A stretch of 64,000 bases of DNA from NCBI GenBank assembly GCA_029570205.1, contig JAKQSI010000090.1, forward strand, positions 37,674 to 101,673, in the 5' to 3' direction. A program made the position numbers and the translations under genes. A model generated the notes under the pieces. It had not been told where the DNA came from. It saw nothing but the letters and a program-made list of their open reading frames with translations, and searched no databases. This DNA is from Candidatus Omnitrophota bacterium (GTDB taxonomy: Bacteria; Hinthialibacterota; Hinthialibacteria; Hinthialibacterales; JAKPRU01). Below are positions 10,501 through 19,900 of the stretch, one piece after another (the first letter of the stretch is position 1; each line of letters starts with the position of its first letter).

Positions 10501-12200
10501 TTGCCGCGCTGGACAGAGTTCCACGCTGGAACCGAGAGACAGTCGATGCGGTTATGGCGTTCTATACGAAGTTCACCGTAATGATCTCTCGTTTGAGCTA
10601 CGGTAACGTCAAACTGGCTCGGACGCTCGCAGAACGGGATCAACTGCTCAATGCCCTGCTCGAAGGTGAAACGATGTTGAGCGATGCGCAGGAGATGGCG
10701 GGTATGGGATCGTTCGTCTGGGACTTGCAAACCGATCGTGTGGAGTACTCCCGGAATGCGCTTGCGCTGGCGGGAGCCTCGCAGGGGGCATTCGCCAGTC
10801 GGATGGATCGCATCGTGCGGGGACTGGTCCATCCCGACGACCAGGCGCGTGTGAACGAAGAAATCCGGAAGATGCTGGAAGAGAGGGAAACCTGGCCCAT
10901 CGAGTTTCGCATCGTTCGCCCCGATGGTCAGGAACGGATTTGGCAGGCCCGTTTACGTTTCATAACGGATGAGTCGGGCAAACCGATCAAGTGTGTCGGA
11001 TTACAGTTGGACATTACGGAGCGCAAAGAGGCGGAAAAAGAAACGGAGAAGTTGCAAGCCCAGCTGTTTCAGGCGCAGAAAATGGAATCCGTCGGACGCC
11101 TGGCTGGAGGGGTGGCTCACGACTTCAACAACATGCTTCAGGCCATTTTCGGATATACGGACATGGCGCTGGATCAGGTGAATCCAGAACATCCGCTTTA
11201 CAGCAGTCTTCGGGGCATCCAGAAAGCCGCACAGCGTTCCGCCAATCTTACCCGCCAGTTGCTTGCCTTTGCGCGCAAACAAACTGTCAACCCCCGTATC
11301 CTGGACCTGAATGATGCCGTGACGGGCATGTTGAAAATGCTTCGGCGACTGATCGGGGAGAACATCGAGCTGACCTGGTTGCCCGCAGATACCCCCTGCA
11401 ACGTGAAAATAGATCCGTCCCAAATTGACCAGATCCTCGCCAATCTAACCGTCAATGCCCGCGATGCCATCAGGGGTGTCGGTCGGATTACCATCGAAAC
11501 CAGCCAGTTCGTTTTCGATGAAGCCTATTGCGCGACCCATGAAGGTACGAAGCCCGGCAAGTACATACTTTTGACTGTCAGCGATACCGGCTGCGGCATG
11601 GATAAGGAAACGCTGTCCCATGTCTTCGAGCCTTTCTTTACGACCAAAGAAGTAGGCGAGGGAACCGGTCTGGGGCTGGCCACCGTGTATGGAACCGTGA
11701 AACAGAACGACGGCTTTATCGAGGTGTATAGTGAGCCGGGGCGCGGGACAACCTTTAAAATCTACCTGCCTCACTATGAGAAAGACAGCGCTGTTGAATC
11801 GGCGGCCCCCTCCCTTCAAACGCCGCCGGGAGGAAAAGAAACAGTGCTTATCGTGGAAGACGATGAGGCCATTTTGAGCATGGCCGCCGATATCCTTGAA
11901 CGTCTGGGGTATACGGTTCTAAGCGCCGGCTCTCCTCAACAGGCGATTCAACTGGTCGAGCATCACACCGGAACCATTCATCTACTTGTTACCGATGTCG
12001 TGATGCCGCAGATGAACGGGAGAGTGTTAGCCAAACACCTTTTGTCTCTCAAACCCGGTCTCAAGTGCCTGTTTATGTCCGGCTACACAGCCGATATTAT
12101 TTCGCCTCGTGGAGTGCTGGAGGAAGGTGTGCGGTTTATCGAAAAGCCGTTTTCCATTTACAGTTTGGCAAAACGGGTCCGCGAAGCGCTGGAAAGCTGA
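7515..12200 (+). CDS. Hybrid sensor histidine kinase (extracytoplasmic sensor, CHASE, PAS x2, PocR, PAS, HisKA, HATPase, REC)
   Basis: AGGAG RBS before 7515; CHASE YYPVLYVEP...NERVLG; PocR GWQDICTKYHR..CIESD; AGGVAHDFNNML; FFTTKEVGEGTGLGL; REC LIVEDD..TDVVMP..KPF. Confidence 0.92.
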   Translation: MNSIPKRLVVAFLLAMFATVIGGRWVADWREKVVDGAMRGDLLTQAEAIARVINPEWVKSLSFSEADKTNPVYRRLCSQMKAYAEAIGFRSLYSMALRDGNIVFGPESLDEGDPWASPPGTVYKEPSELDFQIFETGIPSVQGPVTDEYGTFVSAQAPVLDPDTNEVLLVIGIDVEAGEWQRAIDNARRTPILFTLALGLTLLGGIATLFLRDRFPARHRLHYTEACLTAALGILLTGIAAWALHQDQVSSRREVFKPLAFAEMVNVRGALDEIRACMTQISGFFEADEHVDRRAFHSYTRLLVRNRNLQALMWIPVVPAHSRENWEREIREEGFPEFVIYEKGDNGEFLPAPGRDFYYPVLYVEPMQGNERVLGCDFRSDPRYRTAMEEAAGTGLPVIIESTESFQATGGLKTLFLFYPIYSQSSKVSGEASSDTASSSLRGFVLGVICPQDMLTRVLNPFDREDVHTIVDLLEAQPGIPPRFLASSLRKHAEIHRVPGEIPQPKYTDFSMIYPLLVFNDTYLLVVYPTPTFFEANPARAGWVAGLMGMFITVVLTVFGLFLSNRRAELERQVSVRTAELQEAQQRFHTILDVTGTRIIIIDSEHNLQYVDPGWQRDRGDPTGRKCYEYFMGQDKPCEDCLAARALETGQVLVEEGPLTPENKRIFEVHRIPFQDQNGRRLVAEFSVDIDRRKRAEEALRDSQRQLLDIFNFLPDATFVIDTNRTVVAWNRAIEEMTGVKAKDILGKGDYEYALPFYGIRRPILIDLILEPNEDIKKRYHFVRREGDILLAQADVQIRGETLALWIIAKPLYNSHGDVVGAIECIRDITESEQARIALHKSEARVRRKLAAILDPEGDIGTLELSDILDVEALQAVMEEFYRVTRFSTAIIDVQGRVLVSSGWQDICTKYHRIHPETLRNCIESDTALTKGVPEGTYKLYQCKNGLWDVSTPIVVGGNHVGNLFLGQFLFEGEALDIELFRSKARQYGFDEKEYLAALDRVPRWNRETVDAVMAFYTKFTVMISRLSYGNVKLARTLAERDQLLNALLEGETMLSDAQEMAGMGSFVWDLQTDRVEYSRNALALAGASQGAFASRMDRIVRGLVHPDDQARVNEEIRKMLEERETWPIEFRIVRPDGQERIWQARLRFITDESGKPIKCVGLQLDITERKEAEKETEKLQAQLFQAQKMESVGRLAGGVAHDFNNMLQAIFGYTDMALDQVNPEHPLYSSLRGIQKAAQRSANLTRQLLAFARKQTVNPRILDLNDAVTGMLKMLRRLIGENIELTWLPADTPCNVKIDPSQIDQILANLTVNARDAIRGVGRITIETSQFVFDEAYCATHEGTKPGKYILLTVSDTGCGMDKETLSHVFEPFFTTKEVGEGTGLGLATVYGTVKQNDGFIEVYSEPGRGTTFKIYLPHYEKDSAVESAAPSLQTPPGGKETVLIVEDDEAILSMAADILERLGYTVLSAGSPQQAIQLVEHHTGTIHLLVTDVVMPQMNGRVLAKHLLSLKPGLKCLFMSGYTADIISPRGVLEEGVRFIEKPFSIYSLAKRVREALES

Positions 12201-12256
12201 CCGGGTTTCTCGTTGCGCCTCGCAGGGGGAGGGAAGAGGGTGACAGAACGGTCACC

Positions 12257-13240
12257 CTAAAAATTAAACTTGTCTATATTGTCTTTCGTGAAGATCAGCG
12301 GCGGGCCGAGCAAGACCTCATCCTCGTTAACTGTAATTGTGCCGAGCCGTCCGGCCTGAATCGTCCCGGGAGCCAGTTTGCCCTCATACAGAAGTTTCGC
12401 CGCATGGACTGTGAGATACCCCAAGTCCACCGGGTTCCAGAGAATGAATTTCTGACAGACCCCGGTTTTCACGTATTCGCGCATCTGTTCGGGCAGGGAG
12501 AGTCCGGTAACAAAGACCTTGCCGGTCATGCCGGATTGTTTGACCGCTTCCGCCGCACCGGGGAGCGAAACCGAGGTGATCCCGAACAGGCCTTTCAGGT
12601 TGGGGTACGCTTTCATAACATCCTGCGAGCGCTCAAATGCCATCTGGTGGTCTTCCTCGGATGCCCGAATGTCCACAATGGACATGCCGGGGTATTTCCG
12701 AATATGCTCGCGCATCCGTTCGATCCAGGCGTTTTGATTCTGCGCGGTCAGAGAGCCGGTGATAATGGCGGTCTCTCCCGCACCACCGATCCCCTCGGCC
12801 ATCACATCGATCAACGCCTTCCCGATATCGTTGTATGTGGCCTGGTTGATAAAAAAGTCGCGGCTGTCCCGGGCGGCATCGGCATCCCAGGCCAGAACCT
12901 TGATACCGCGCTCCCGCGCTTTTCGGAGGGCCGGTGCGACGGCATCCGGATCATTGGGGGCAACGGCAATCACATTGAATCCGCGCGCAATCCAGATATC
13001 GATCATCTCGGACTGCCGAGCCGGATCGTTAATAATGGGACCATCGTATTCCACGGTAAGTCCGAGTTCCTCTGCGGCCTTTTTTACCCCGATCTCGCAA
13101 GCATTGAAATAGGGGATGCCCACCAGTTTCGGCATGACCCCGATCAGCGGCCCTTCTGTTTTCTCGGCGGCTTTGCGACCACAGGAGAAAACTCCGGCAC
13201 ACACCAGCACGAGAATCAGCGCCCATTTAGCCTGTTTCAT
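12257..13240 (-). CDS. Sugar/AI-2 ABC transporter substrate-binding lipoprotein (LsrB/RhaS-like)
   Basis: Lipobox-like VFSC; MPKLVGIPYF; NQNAW; LWNPVDLGY. Confidence 0.85.
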   Translation of the reverse strand: MKQAKWALILVLVCAGVFSCGRKAAEKTEGPLIGVMPKLVGIPYFNACEIGVKKAAEELGLTVEYDGPIINDPARQSEMIDIWIARGFNVIAVAPNDPDAVAPALRKARERGIKVLAWDADAARDSRDFFINQATYNDIGKALIDVMAEGIGGAGETAIITGSLTAQNQNAWIERMREHIRKYPGMSIVDIRASEEDHQMAFERSQDVMKAYPNLKGLFGITSVSLPGAAEAVKQSGMTGKVFVTGLSLPEQMREYVKTGVCQKFILWNPVDLGYLTVHAAKLLYEGKLAPGTIQAGRLGTITVNEDEVLLGPPLIFTKDNIDKFNF

Positions 13241-13356
13241 CGAATCATACCTCGTTTCCTCAAACTCGCCCTTCCGGGGACATCCCTGCCCAATTCAGGA
13301 ATCGGAATACCGTCCGCTGGGTTTCCCGGATAGCCTGACACAAGTACACTATAAGT

Positions 13357-14208
13357 ATGAATGAACCTGTGAAAGAACAACAGCCATCCGGCCAGGATGC
13401 GCCGACCATCCGCCTGAACAACCAGGCTCTCGCGGTGGATGTCAACCTGGTAACAGGTCGATTTCGAGTACGCGATCTGGTGACCGGTGTTATTTGGAAA
13501 ATGGACCCGTACATTCCCGAATCGGGCCGACTGGTTTTTTCCATGCAGGAGGAGACCTTGCCGCACAAGACCTACCTGCTGGGCAAGAAAGGAAAACGCG
13601 GAGTCCAATTCCGGCACAAATCTTCTTTTGTCCGCTCTGGGATTGAGGATGATTATTCTTCCCTCACGCTGGAGGGTCCGCTGGGAGACGACAAGGAAAC
13701 CCTGGTCGAAATTGAGTTCCTCTTGTCGGAGGCATTTCCAACTCTGGATTTCTTTCTTCGTGTTTCGGGAAACAGTAAAAACCGCTTGGAACAGATCGGT
13801 TTTCCAACCGGCCTTGCGATTACCACAGAGGAATCCGGCTCGATAATCGTGCCTCAGTCGAGCAGCCAGTTCCTGAAAGAAAACACGGATGAGATCGTGG
13901 AGAGTTTTCAATCGATGCACCCCGCGCGGGGCCGGTCGCGCCACGAGTTTTCTTTCTTTGCCATGACCAAGCAATCTCGAACGGGGCGGGAGTCGGGCTG
14001 CCTGGGATTTCTCGATTGCCTTCATGCCGAACTGGATGTGCGGTCGGATGAGACATTATCCGTTGCAACTCCCGGCACACGGAATGTCCGTGCTGCTCTC
14101 GATAACGGCAACCTCGATTACCGCTTCCAGTATCGTTTCATCCCGAATGTGACCGATGAAGCGATTGCCTGGCTGTGCCGGGAGCATTTACGGGAAATGA
14201 TGGGGTAG
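13357..14208 (+). CDS. Hypothetical protein, beta-rich
   Basis: 283-aa ORF filling the gap; no motif recognised. Confidence 0.6.
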   Translation: MNEPVKEQQPSGQDAPTIRLNNQALAVDVNLVTGRFRVRDLVTGVIWKMDPYIPESGRLVFSMQEETLPHKTYLLGKKGKRGVQFRHKSSFVRSGIEDDYSSLTLEGPLGDDKETLVEIEFLLSEAFPTLDFFLRVSGNSKNRLEQIGFPTGLAITTEESGSIIVPQSSSQFLKENTDEIVESFQSMHPARGRSRHEFSFFAMTKQSRTGRESGCLGFLDCLHAELDVRSDETLSVATPGTRNVRAALDNGNLDYRFQYRFIPNVTDEAIAWLCREHLREMMG

Positions 14209-14218
14209 AAATTAGTAG

Positions 14219-14247
14219 TTGCATTATGCCGCCGCCTGTAGTATGAT
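14219..14247 (+). promoter_or_regulatory. Sigma70-like promoter
   Basis: TTGCAT-N17-TATGAT upstream of the 14284 small ORF. Confidence 0.55.
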
Positions 14248-14283
14248 TTGGTCATGTTCCGGAGAAATTGAAGGGAAAAGGCA

Positions 14284-14448
14284 ATGGAAAATATGTCCTT
14301 TGTGTTGTACGTGTTGCTCCAGTGGACGCTATTTATCTTGATTTTCCTTGGTGCCTGCTACCTGATTAACAACGCGATCCGTAACGAAATCCGCAAGATT
14401 ATCCGAGAAGAGGGCAAGAAACTGCTCTCTGAGAAGCGTGAGGATTGA
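14284..14448 (+). CDS. 54-aa single-TM membrane protein (not in the ORF track)
   Basis: MENMSFVLYVLLQWTLFILIFLGACYLINNAIRNEIRKIIREEGKKLLSEKRED; GAAGGGA RBS; paralogue of the next ORF. Confidence 0.7.
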   Translation: MENMSFVLYVLLQWTLFILIFLGACYLINNAIRNEIRKIIREEGKKLLSEKRED

Positions 14449-14535
14449 CACGCGGGGCAATAAGCTTGTAGTACCATCATGCCGCCTGCGGCATGATTCG
14501 GTCGATATCAGGAATAAGCGTGAAGGGAGAAAACC

Positions 14536-14751
14536 ATGAAGCTCGCCGAGGTTCTTTGCCTTCTATTGCCTGGGATGTTCCAACCCCCGGGCATCTATGA
14601 GATCGTATTCTTGCTGGTTATCTACCCCCTCATGCTCTTCATTCCCTGCTGCGTTCTCTACTACCTGATCCGCCTTGCGGTTCGACATGGCATCCGTGAC
14701 GTAATTCGGGAGCAAGGGAAGATGCCGTTGCCGGAGAAGCGTGAGGATTGA
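14536..14751 (+). CDS. 71-aa membrane protein, paralogue of 14284..14448
   Basis: GAAGGGAG RBS; TM segment followed by YLIRLAVRHGIRDVIREQGKMPLPEKRED. Confidence 0.7.
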   Translation: MKLAEVLCLLLPGMFQPPGIYEIVFLLVIYPLMLFIPCCVLYYLIRLAVRHGIRDVIREQGKMPLPEKRED

Positions 14752-14767
14752 CAAAGGGTGAGAAAAA

Positions 14768-14800
14768 CCCTCACCCCGGCCCTCTCCCGGCGGGAGAGGG
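14768..14800 (+). repeat. REP-like palindrome family A (CCCTCACCCC..CCCTCTCCC..GGGAGAGGG)
   Basis: Related copies at 28966-29001(-), 51945-51977(-), 53961-54000, 56501-56535(-). Confidence 0.75.
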
Positions 14801-14855
14801 GGAAACACCGTCGGGGGCAAGATGCCCCCGCTCCTATTTCATTATCGCCTCTTGC

Positions 14856-14884
14856 CGTCATTCCGGCGGAAGCCGGAATCCAGG
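14856..14884 (+). repeat. REP-like palindrome family B (GTCATTCCGGC..GCCGGAATCCAGG)
   Basis: Related copies at 16785-16806, 16904-16926, 42937-42962(-), 54047-54073. Confidence 0.8.
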
Positions 14885-15022
14885 CCATATTCGGTTGAAT
14901 AACGCCGCATTTTCATCCCCCGTTCACGTCCTTTCGGGACTCCTGTATGCTCTTGCATTGACCGTCAAACCTCCACGCAACGGTTCTGAAATCTTCGCGT
15001 CAAAAACCAAGGAGATAAAACC

Positions 15023-15985
15023 ATGGAAATCACTCGACGTACCGTACTCAAAGGAATCGGCGCAGGAATGCTTGCATCCGGTTTCCTTACGGCGCTTCAA
15101 CAAACGCACGCCGCGGAAGGTCCCGCCGGTGTCAAAGTCGGAATGTGCGACTGGAACCTGGGGGGATCGTGCAATCCTGAACTGATCCCGAAAGCCAAAG
15201 AAGCCCACCTGGATGGGATTCAGGTCAGTGTCGGCTTGAACGCCAACAATATTCCACTGCGCAAGCCGGAAGTCCGGGATCGGTATCTGGCGCTGGGCAA
15301 GGAATACGGCATCGAGTTCTGCTCGGTGGCCGCCGGGGGGATTCTAAACGCCATCCCACTGGCGTCGGAACCGCAATCTGCGATGTATGTCCTGGACGCC
15401 ATTGAGGCGGCCAAAGCGCTGGGAAGCTCCTGTACATTGCTCGCTTTTTTCGGAGAGGGCGACCTGCGACTTCCCTATCCCGGCGGATACTACGGAACCG
15501 GCGAGGGATATCGGAACATCCGCAAAGATCCTGTATGGAAAGAGTGGGAATTGGATACATTGAAGGTTCGGCGGCTTGTGGATTTTCTTCGGCAGATTGT
15601 TCCCCGCGCAGAGGATGCCGGGGTGATTCTCGGGTTGGAGAATACCCTGTCGGCGGCCCAGAATCTGGACATTATTGACCGTGCAGGCGGTTCCCCGATG
15701 ATTCAGGTTTACTACGATGTCGGCAATTCGACGGGAGGCGGCTACGATGTGCCCGCGGAGATCCACCTGCTCGGCAAGGACCGGATTTGCGAGGTCCACC
15801 TGAAAGACTCGAAAACCCGCGTATTTGGAGTTCCGGATGCCCAGGTCGATATGGCCGCCTGCGCGAAGGCGTTCAAGGAAATCGGATACAGCAAGTGGTA
15901 TGTCCTGGAGACCAGCGGGCGGGACAAGCAGTTCCTTCCCGACACCCAGGCCAACGTCGCATTCACAAAGAAACTGTTTGGTTGA
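15023..15985 (+). CDS. Tat-exported sugar phosphate isomerase/epimerase (xylose-isomerase-like TIM barrel)
   Basis: ITRRTVLK Tat motif; LGLEN, YYDVGN, EVHLKD, LET metal-ligand pattern. Confidence 0.88.
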   Translation: MEITRRTVLKGIGAGMLASGFLTALQQTHAAEGPAGVKVGMCDWNLGGSCNPELIPKAKEAHLDGIQVSVGLNANNIPLRKPEVRDRYLALGKEYGIEFCSVAAGGILNAIPLASEPQSAMYVLDAIEAAKALGSSCTLLAFFGEGDLRLPYPGGYYGTGEGYRNIRKDPVWKEWELDTLKVRRLVDFLRQIVPRAEDAGVILGLENTLSAAQNLDIIDRAGGSPMIQVYYDVGNSTGGGYDVPAEIHLLGKDRICEVHLKDSKTRVFGVPDAQVDMAACAKAFKEIGYSKWYVLETSGRDKQFLPDTQANVAFTKKLFG

Positions 15986-16008
15986 GTCGATAGAAAGGGA
16001 ACAATGAA

Positions 16009-16743
16009 GTGAGCGATCCGATTCGAGTTACGGTATGGAATGAATACCGGCATGAGAAAGTATCCCCGGAAATCGCCGCCATTTATCCGAAAGGCATTCA
16101 TGGCGCAATTGCCGATTACCTGCGAGACCGTCGCGGGATGAAAGTCTGCACGGCGACACTGGATGAGCCGGACCACGGCCTGACCGAGGCGGCGCTGGCG
16201 GATACGGATGTGCTGATCTGGTGGGGACACACGGCGCACGATGCCGTGAAGGACGAAGTTGTCGAAAGAGTCCACAAGCGCGTATTGGACGGCATGGGCC
16301 TGATCGCGCTGCATTCCGCGCATTTTTCGAAGATTTTCCGCAAATTGATGGGAACGACCTGCGAACTCAAATGGCGCGAGGCCGCCGAAAAAGAGCGCCT
16401 GTGGGTAATCGAACCGAGCCATCCCATTGTCAAAGGTCTGGGCGAATATATCGAACTGGAACATACCGAGATGTACGGCGAACGGTTTGACGTTCCACCG
16501 CCGGACGTGCTGGTTTTCGTGAGCTGGTTCGAGGGCGGAGAGGTGTTCCGAAGCGGGTGTGTCTATTACCGGTCGCGCGGCAAGGTGTTCTATTTTCGTC
16601 CCGGCCACGAGACCTATCCGATTTATCACAATCCTCAAGTCTTACAGGTCATCGGAAACGCGGCGGAATGGCTCGCACCTGTCGAATGCCCCAAGCCGAC
16701 ATACGGAAACGTACAGCCGCTGGAGAAAATTGGGGAGAAGTAA
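16009..16743 (+). CDS. thuA: ThuA trehalose-utilisation family protein
   Basis: [43 protein letters not shown]. Confidence 0.92.
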   Translation: MSDPIRVTVWNEYRHEKVSPEIAAIYPKGIHGAIADYLRDRRGMKVCTATLDEPDHGLTEAALADTDVLIWWGHTAHDAVKDEVVERVHKRVLDGMGLIALHSAHFSKIFRKLMGTTCELKWREAAEKERLWVIEPSHPIVKGLGEYIELEHTEMYGERFDVPPPDVLVFVSWFEGGEVFRSGCVYYRSRGKVFYFRPGHETYPIYHNPQVLQVIGNAAEWLAPVECPKPTYGNVQPLEKIGEK

Positions 16744-16814
16744 GACAGCGGCGCGGCAGCCCCACCCTCATTCATCCTGCCTGCTCCGGCAAGGGCCGGA
16801 AATCCACGAAAAAA

Positions 16815-16895
16815 TCTGAACCGTGATTCGTACGATTATAGGATGAAGAAAAAGGAATCAGGGTAATCCTTCAATCAGGCGAATCAGGGTTCAGA
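16815..16895. repeat. Imperfect palindromic element (TCTGAAC.GTGATTCG...CGAATCAGGGTTCAGA) between two family-B repeats
   Basis: Terminal inverted arms; internal AATCAGG repeats; a similar motif occurs at 23251-23305. Confidence 0.6.
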
Positions 16896-16938
16896 CAATC
16901 CGATCCGGCAAAGGCCGGAATCCAGGTCATTAAACCAA

Positions 16939-16971
16939 CAGCGGCGGGATTTCATTGAAATCCCGCCGCTG
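16939..16971 (-). terminator. Intrinsic terminator hairpin between convergent genes
   Basis: Perfect 16-bp inverted repeat CAGCGGCGGGATTTCA-t-TGAAATCCCGCCGCTG. Confidence 0.75.
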
Positions 16972-16996
16972 CATTCTTCATTGAATCAATGGCGAC

Positions 16997-19900
16997 TTAC
17001 AACTTCTGGAAAGTAATTCTGGCCTTTCCTTGTGTCTGTTTCTCGCCAAAGATCTCCACCTTGTAGACACCCGTCGCCGGAATCTGGAAGAGCCTGATCT
17101 GGGCATCATCCTCCGGCGCCGTGAAGGCATTCAGGCTTGTCGCGAGAAGCGTACCATCCGGGCCGTACAGGCGAACAGCAGGATCAAGCGATCCCTTGAA
17201 GTCGTCCACACCGATTGTGACCAACTGGCCTGCAGTACCCGCGAAGGTAAACCACTCGGACTCACCCGCATACACCCAAGTCTCATTGCCGCTTCCGGCT
17301 TTCAGAGTGGGCGGAACATACGCACCGGCGCGGTACTCAAGACGGTATGGACCTGCCGTCATATCCGGGCCGCCACTGACCTCGATCGTTCCGGCTGTCA
17401 GGGTCGTGGTAATGCAGGCATCATCATTCAGACCCCTGTTGTTGTCGGTGGCTACCTGCTCCCCGGCGCCGTTCAGCAGCCTCAGGAACGGATCAAGCGT
17501 ACCGCCGGCATTGAACAACGGATCGAAATCATCCAGGTAGAAGGTGATCTCACCTCCACCGGAATTGGTGAACACGTAGCGATCGACCTGTCCGGCCAGT
17601 GTGATACTGCCTGAGATCATCTCACCCGAAGCGATCAGGCGCTCGTTGATGACATTAGAGGCAAGCATCAACACATACTGTCCCACGCCTGCCGTCCCAG
17701 GTGCGGCGCTTACGCCGATGGTGTAAATACCGGCGATGGTGGCCGGGCCGACAATAATCAGGCAATCATCATCCGGTCCGCTGTCATTGTCCATCACGGA
17801 GGTAAATCCATCCGGACCCTGCAATGTCAGGAACGGATCGAGTGCGCTTCCCGAATCGGTCAACGCCACCTTGATGAAGTCGCCAACCTGGGCATAGAAA
17901 GTATAGAGGTGGATCTCGGTCAGGTTTGCAATCTGACCTTCTACCCGTTGCCCAAACGAGATCATTGTAATCGGTTCGCCAACCACCTCGGGAACAGCCG
18001 AGACCGAGAAGCGACCGAAGGTTCCACTCTGGCCGCGAACGACCAGACGATACTTTCCGGCTGGAGCATTCTCCAGAGCGATCATGGCATCATCACCCTC
18101 GCCGCCATCGTCATCGGAGACCTGGCGACCATCCGGCAGAGTCAATGTTCCAGCCGGATCCAACTCGCCACCGAAGTCACCGATAGTCACTGTCAACGGG
18201 CCACCATTCGTATAGGTGAAGTCGATATTGACCGTATAACCCGCTGCCCAAATCAAGCCTTCCGTGGAGAACGGAACGAACAGCGCGATACCGGGCGTCG
18301 GTGTCGCTGTCGGCGGCAGGGTCGGTGTCGGAACAAGCGTTGGAGTCGGAACCAGCGTCGGCGTTGACGTTGGAATGGCTGTCGGCGTTTCAACCGGGGT
18401 TGCCGTGGCCGTCTCCACCGGGGTCGCCGTGGGGGTTTCCATCGGTGTCGCGGTCGGTGATTCCGTGGGTCGCGGCGTTACCGTGGGGGTATGGGTCGGA
18501 ACCGGTGTGGCCGTCGCAGTTTCCACCGGTGTAGCAGTCGGACTCTCCACTGGGGTTGCGGTCGGAGATTCCACCGGGGTTGCCGTTGGGGTTTCCATCG
18601 GCGTCGCGGTCGGCGATTCCGTGGGTCGCGGTGTCATCGTGGGGGTATTGGTCGCAACCGGCGTGGCCGTCGCAGTTTCCACCGGTGTAGCAGTCGGACT
18701 CTCCACTGGGGTTGCTGTCGGAGATTCCACCGGGGTTGCCGTTGGGGTTTCCATCGGCGTCGCGGTCGGCGATTCTGTGGGTCGCGGTGTCATCGTGGGG
18801 GTATCGGTCGCAACCGGTGTGGCAGTCGGACTCTCTACCGGGGTTGCCGTCGGCGATTCAATTGGCGTCGCGGTCGGGCTTTCCGGGGTTGCGGTCGGAG
18901 ATTCCATTGGCGTCGCGGTCGGCGATTCTGTGGGTCGCGGCGTCATTGTGGGGGTATCGGTCGGCGCAGCTGTTGGAGTCTCTACGGGAGTGGCTGTCGG
19001 CGTTTCGGGTCCCGCAGAAACCACTGTGATTTGACCACCTGGAGCCACCAATCCTGCAGGTTGTGTAACAACAAAACTGAGAGAAGTTGCACCGGCGGGC
19101 GCCGTCTGATTGATTGCCAGGGTCAGTGTGACGACGGTTCCCGGTCCGGCAGGCATCGAGGCAATAAGTCCGGTTCCCATAATGCGAAATACACCATTGG
19201 AAACGACTTCCGCTTTTTTCACTTCGAGGGGGGACAGTGATGGGCCGATTGTGGAACTGACCACAGAAAGAACAGCGGGATCGAAGTTCATATCGACCTG
19301 GAATCCGCGAATCCCCGAACCGTCACTAATATCGATCGTAATTGTGACCTGCTCGCCGGGAGCGCCTTCCAGGTCTCCGTTAATCGTCAATGTGGGGCTT
19401 TGAGCCGGCCGGAAAAAGTCGAAGAATCCACCTCGATCGGCGGACGCAATCAGGGTTCCTTTGGCTGCCCCTTTGCCGACACCACCCTCAAAAATGTAAT
19501 CGAACAAGAACACGACATCGTTCACATCGGTCGTGCCGCTGGCATCAAAATCCCATACCGCTGGAGAGTGTCCGGCAAAAATGTTGTCAAACAGCGCAAT
19601 AACGTCATTCACGTCAACCTGTCCGCTGTCGTCAACATCATAATCCAGCGCGACTTCGCCACGGACCGTGGCGCTGACCCCACTTCCCATGGTCACGCCA
19701 AGATTGTTGTTCTCAAAATCAAAGGCAATTCGTCGCGGGGTCAGGGTGACCGTCTCGCCGCCAGTACCCGCGATGACATTCAGGGTCCCCAGCGAGATTT
19801 GACTGGAGGCATCCACGCCTGAAATGTTCCCCATGAGGGCTACACTGATTCGTAACCCATTGTCCGGCAAGAACATAACGTTCGTGAACGGCGTCCCGCC

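Noticed and set aside
18264..19240. Plus-strand ORFs rich in GVAVG or Arg
   Set aside because: Antisense shadows of the Pro/Thr repeat
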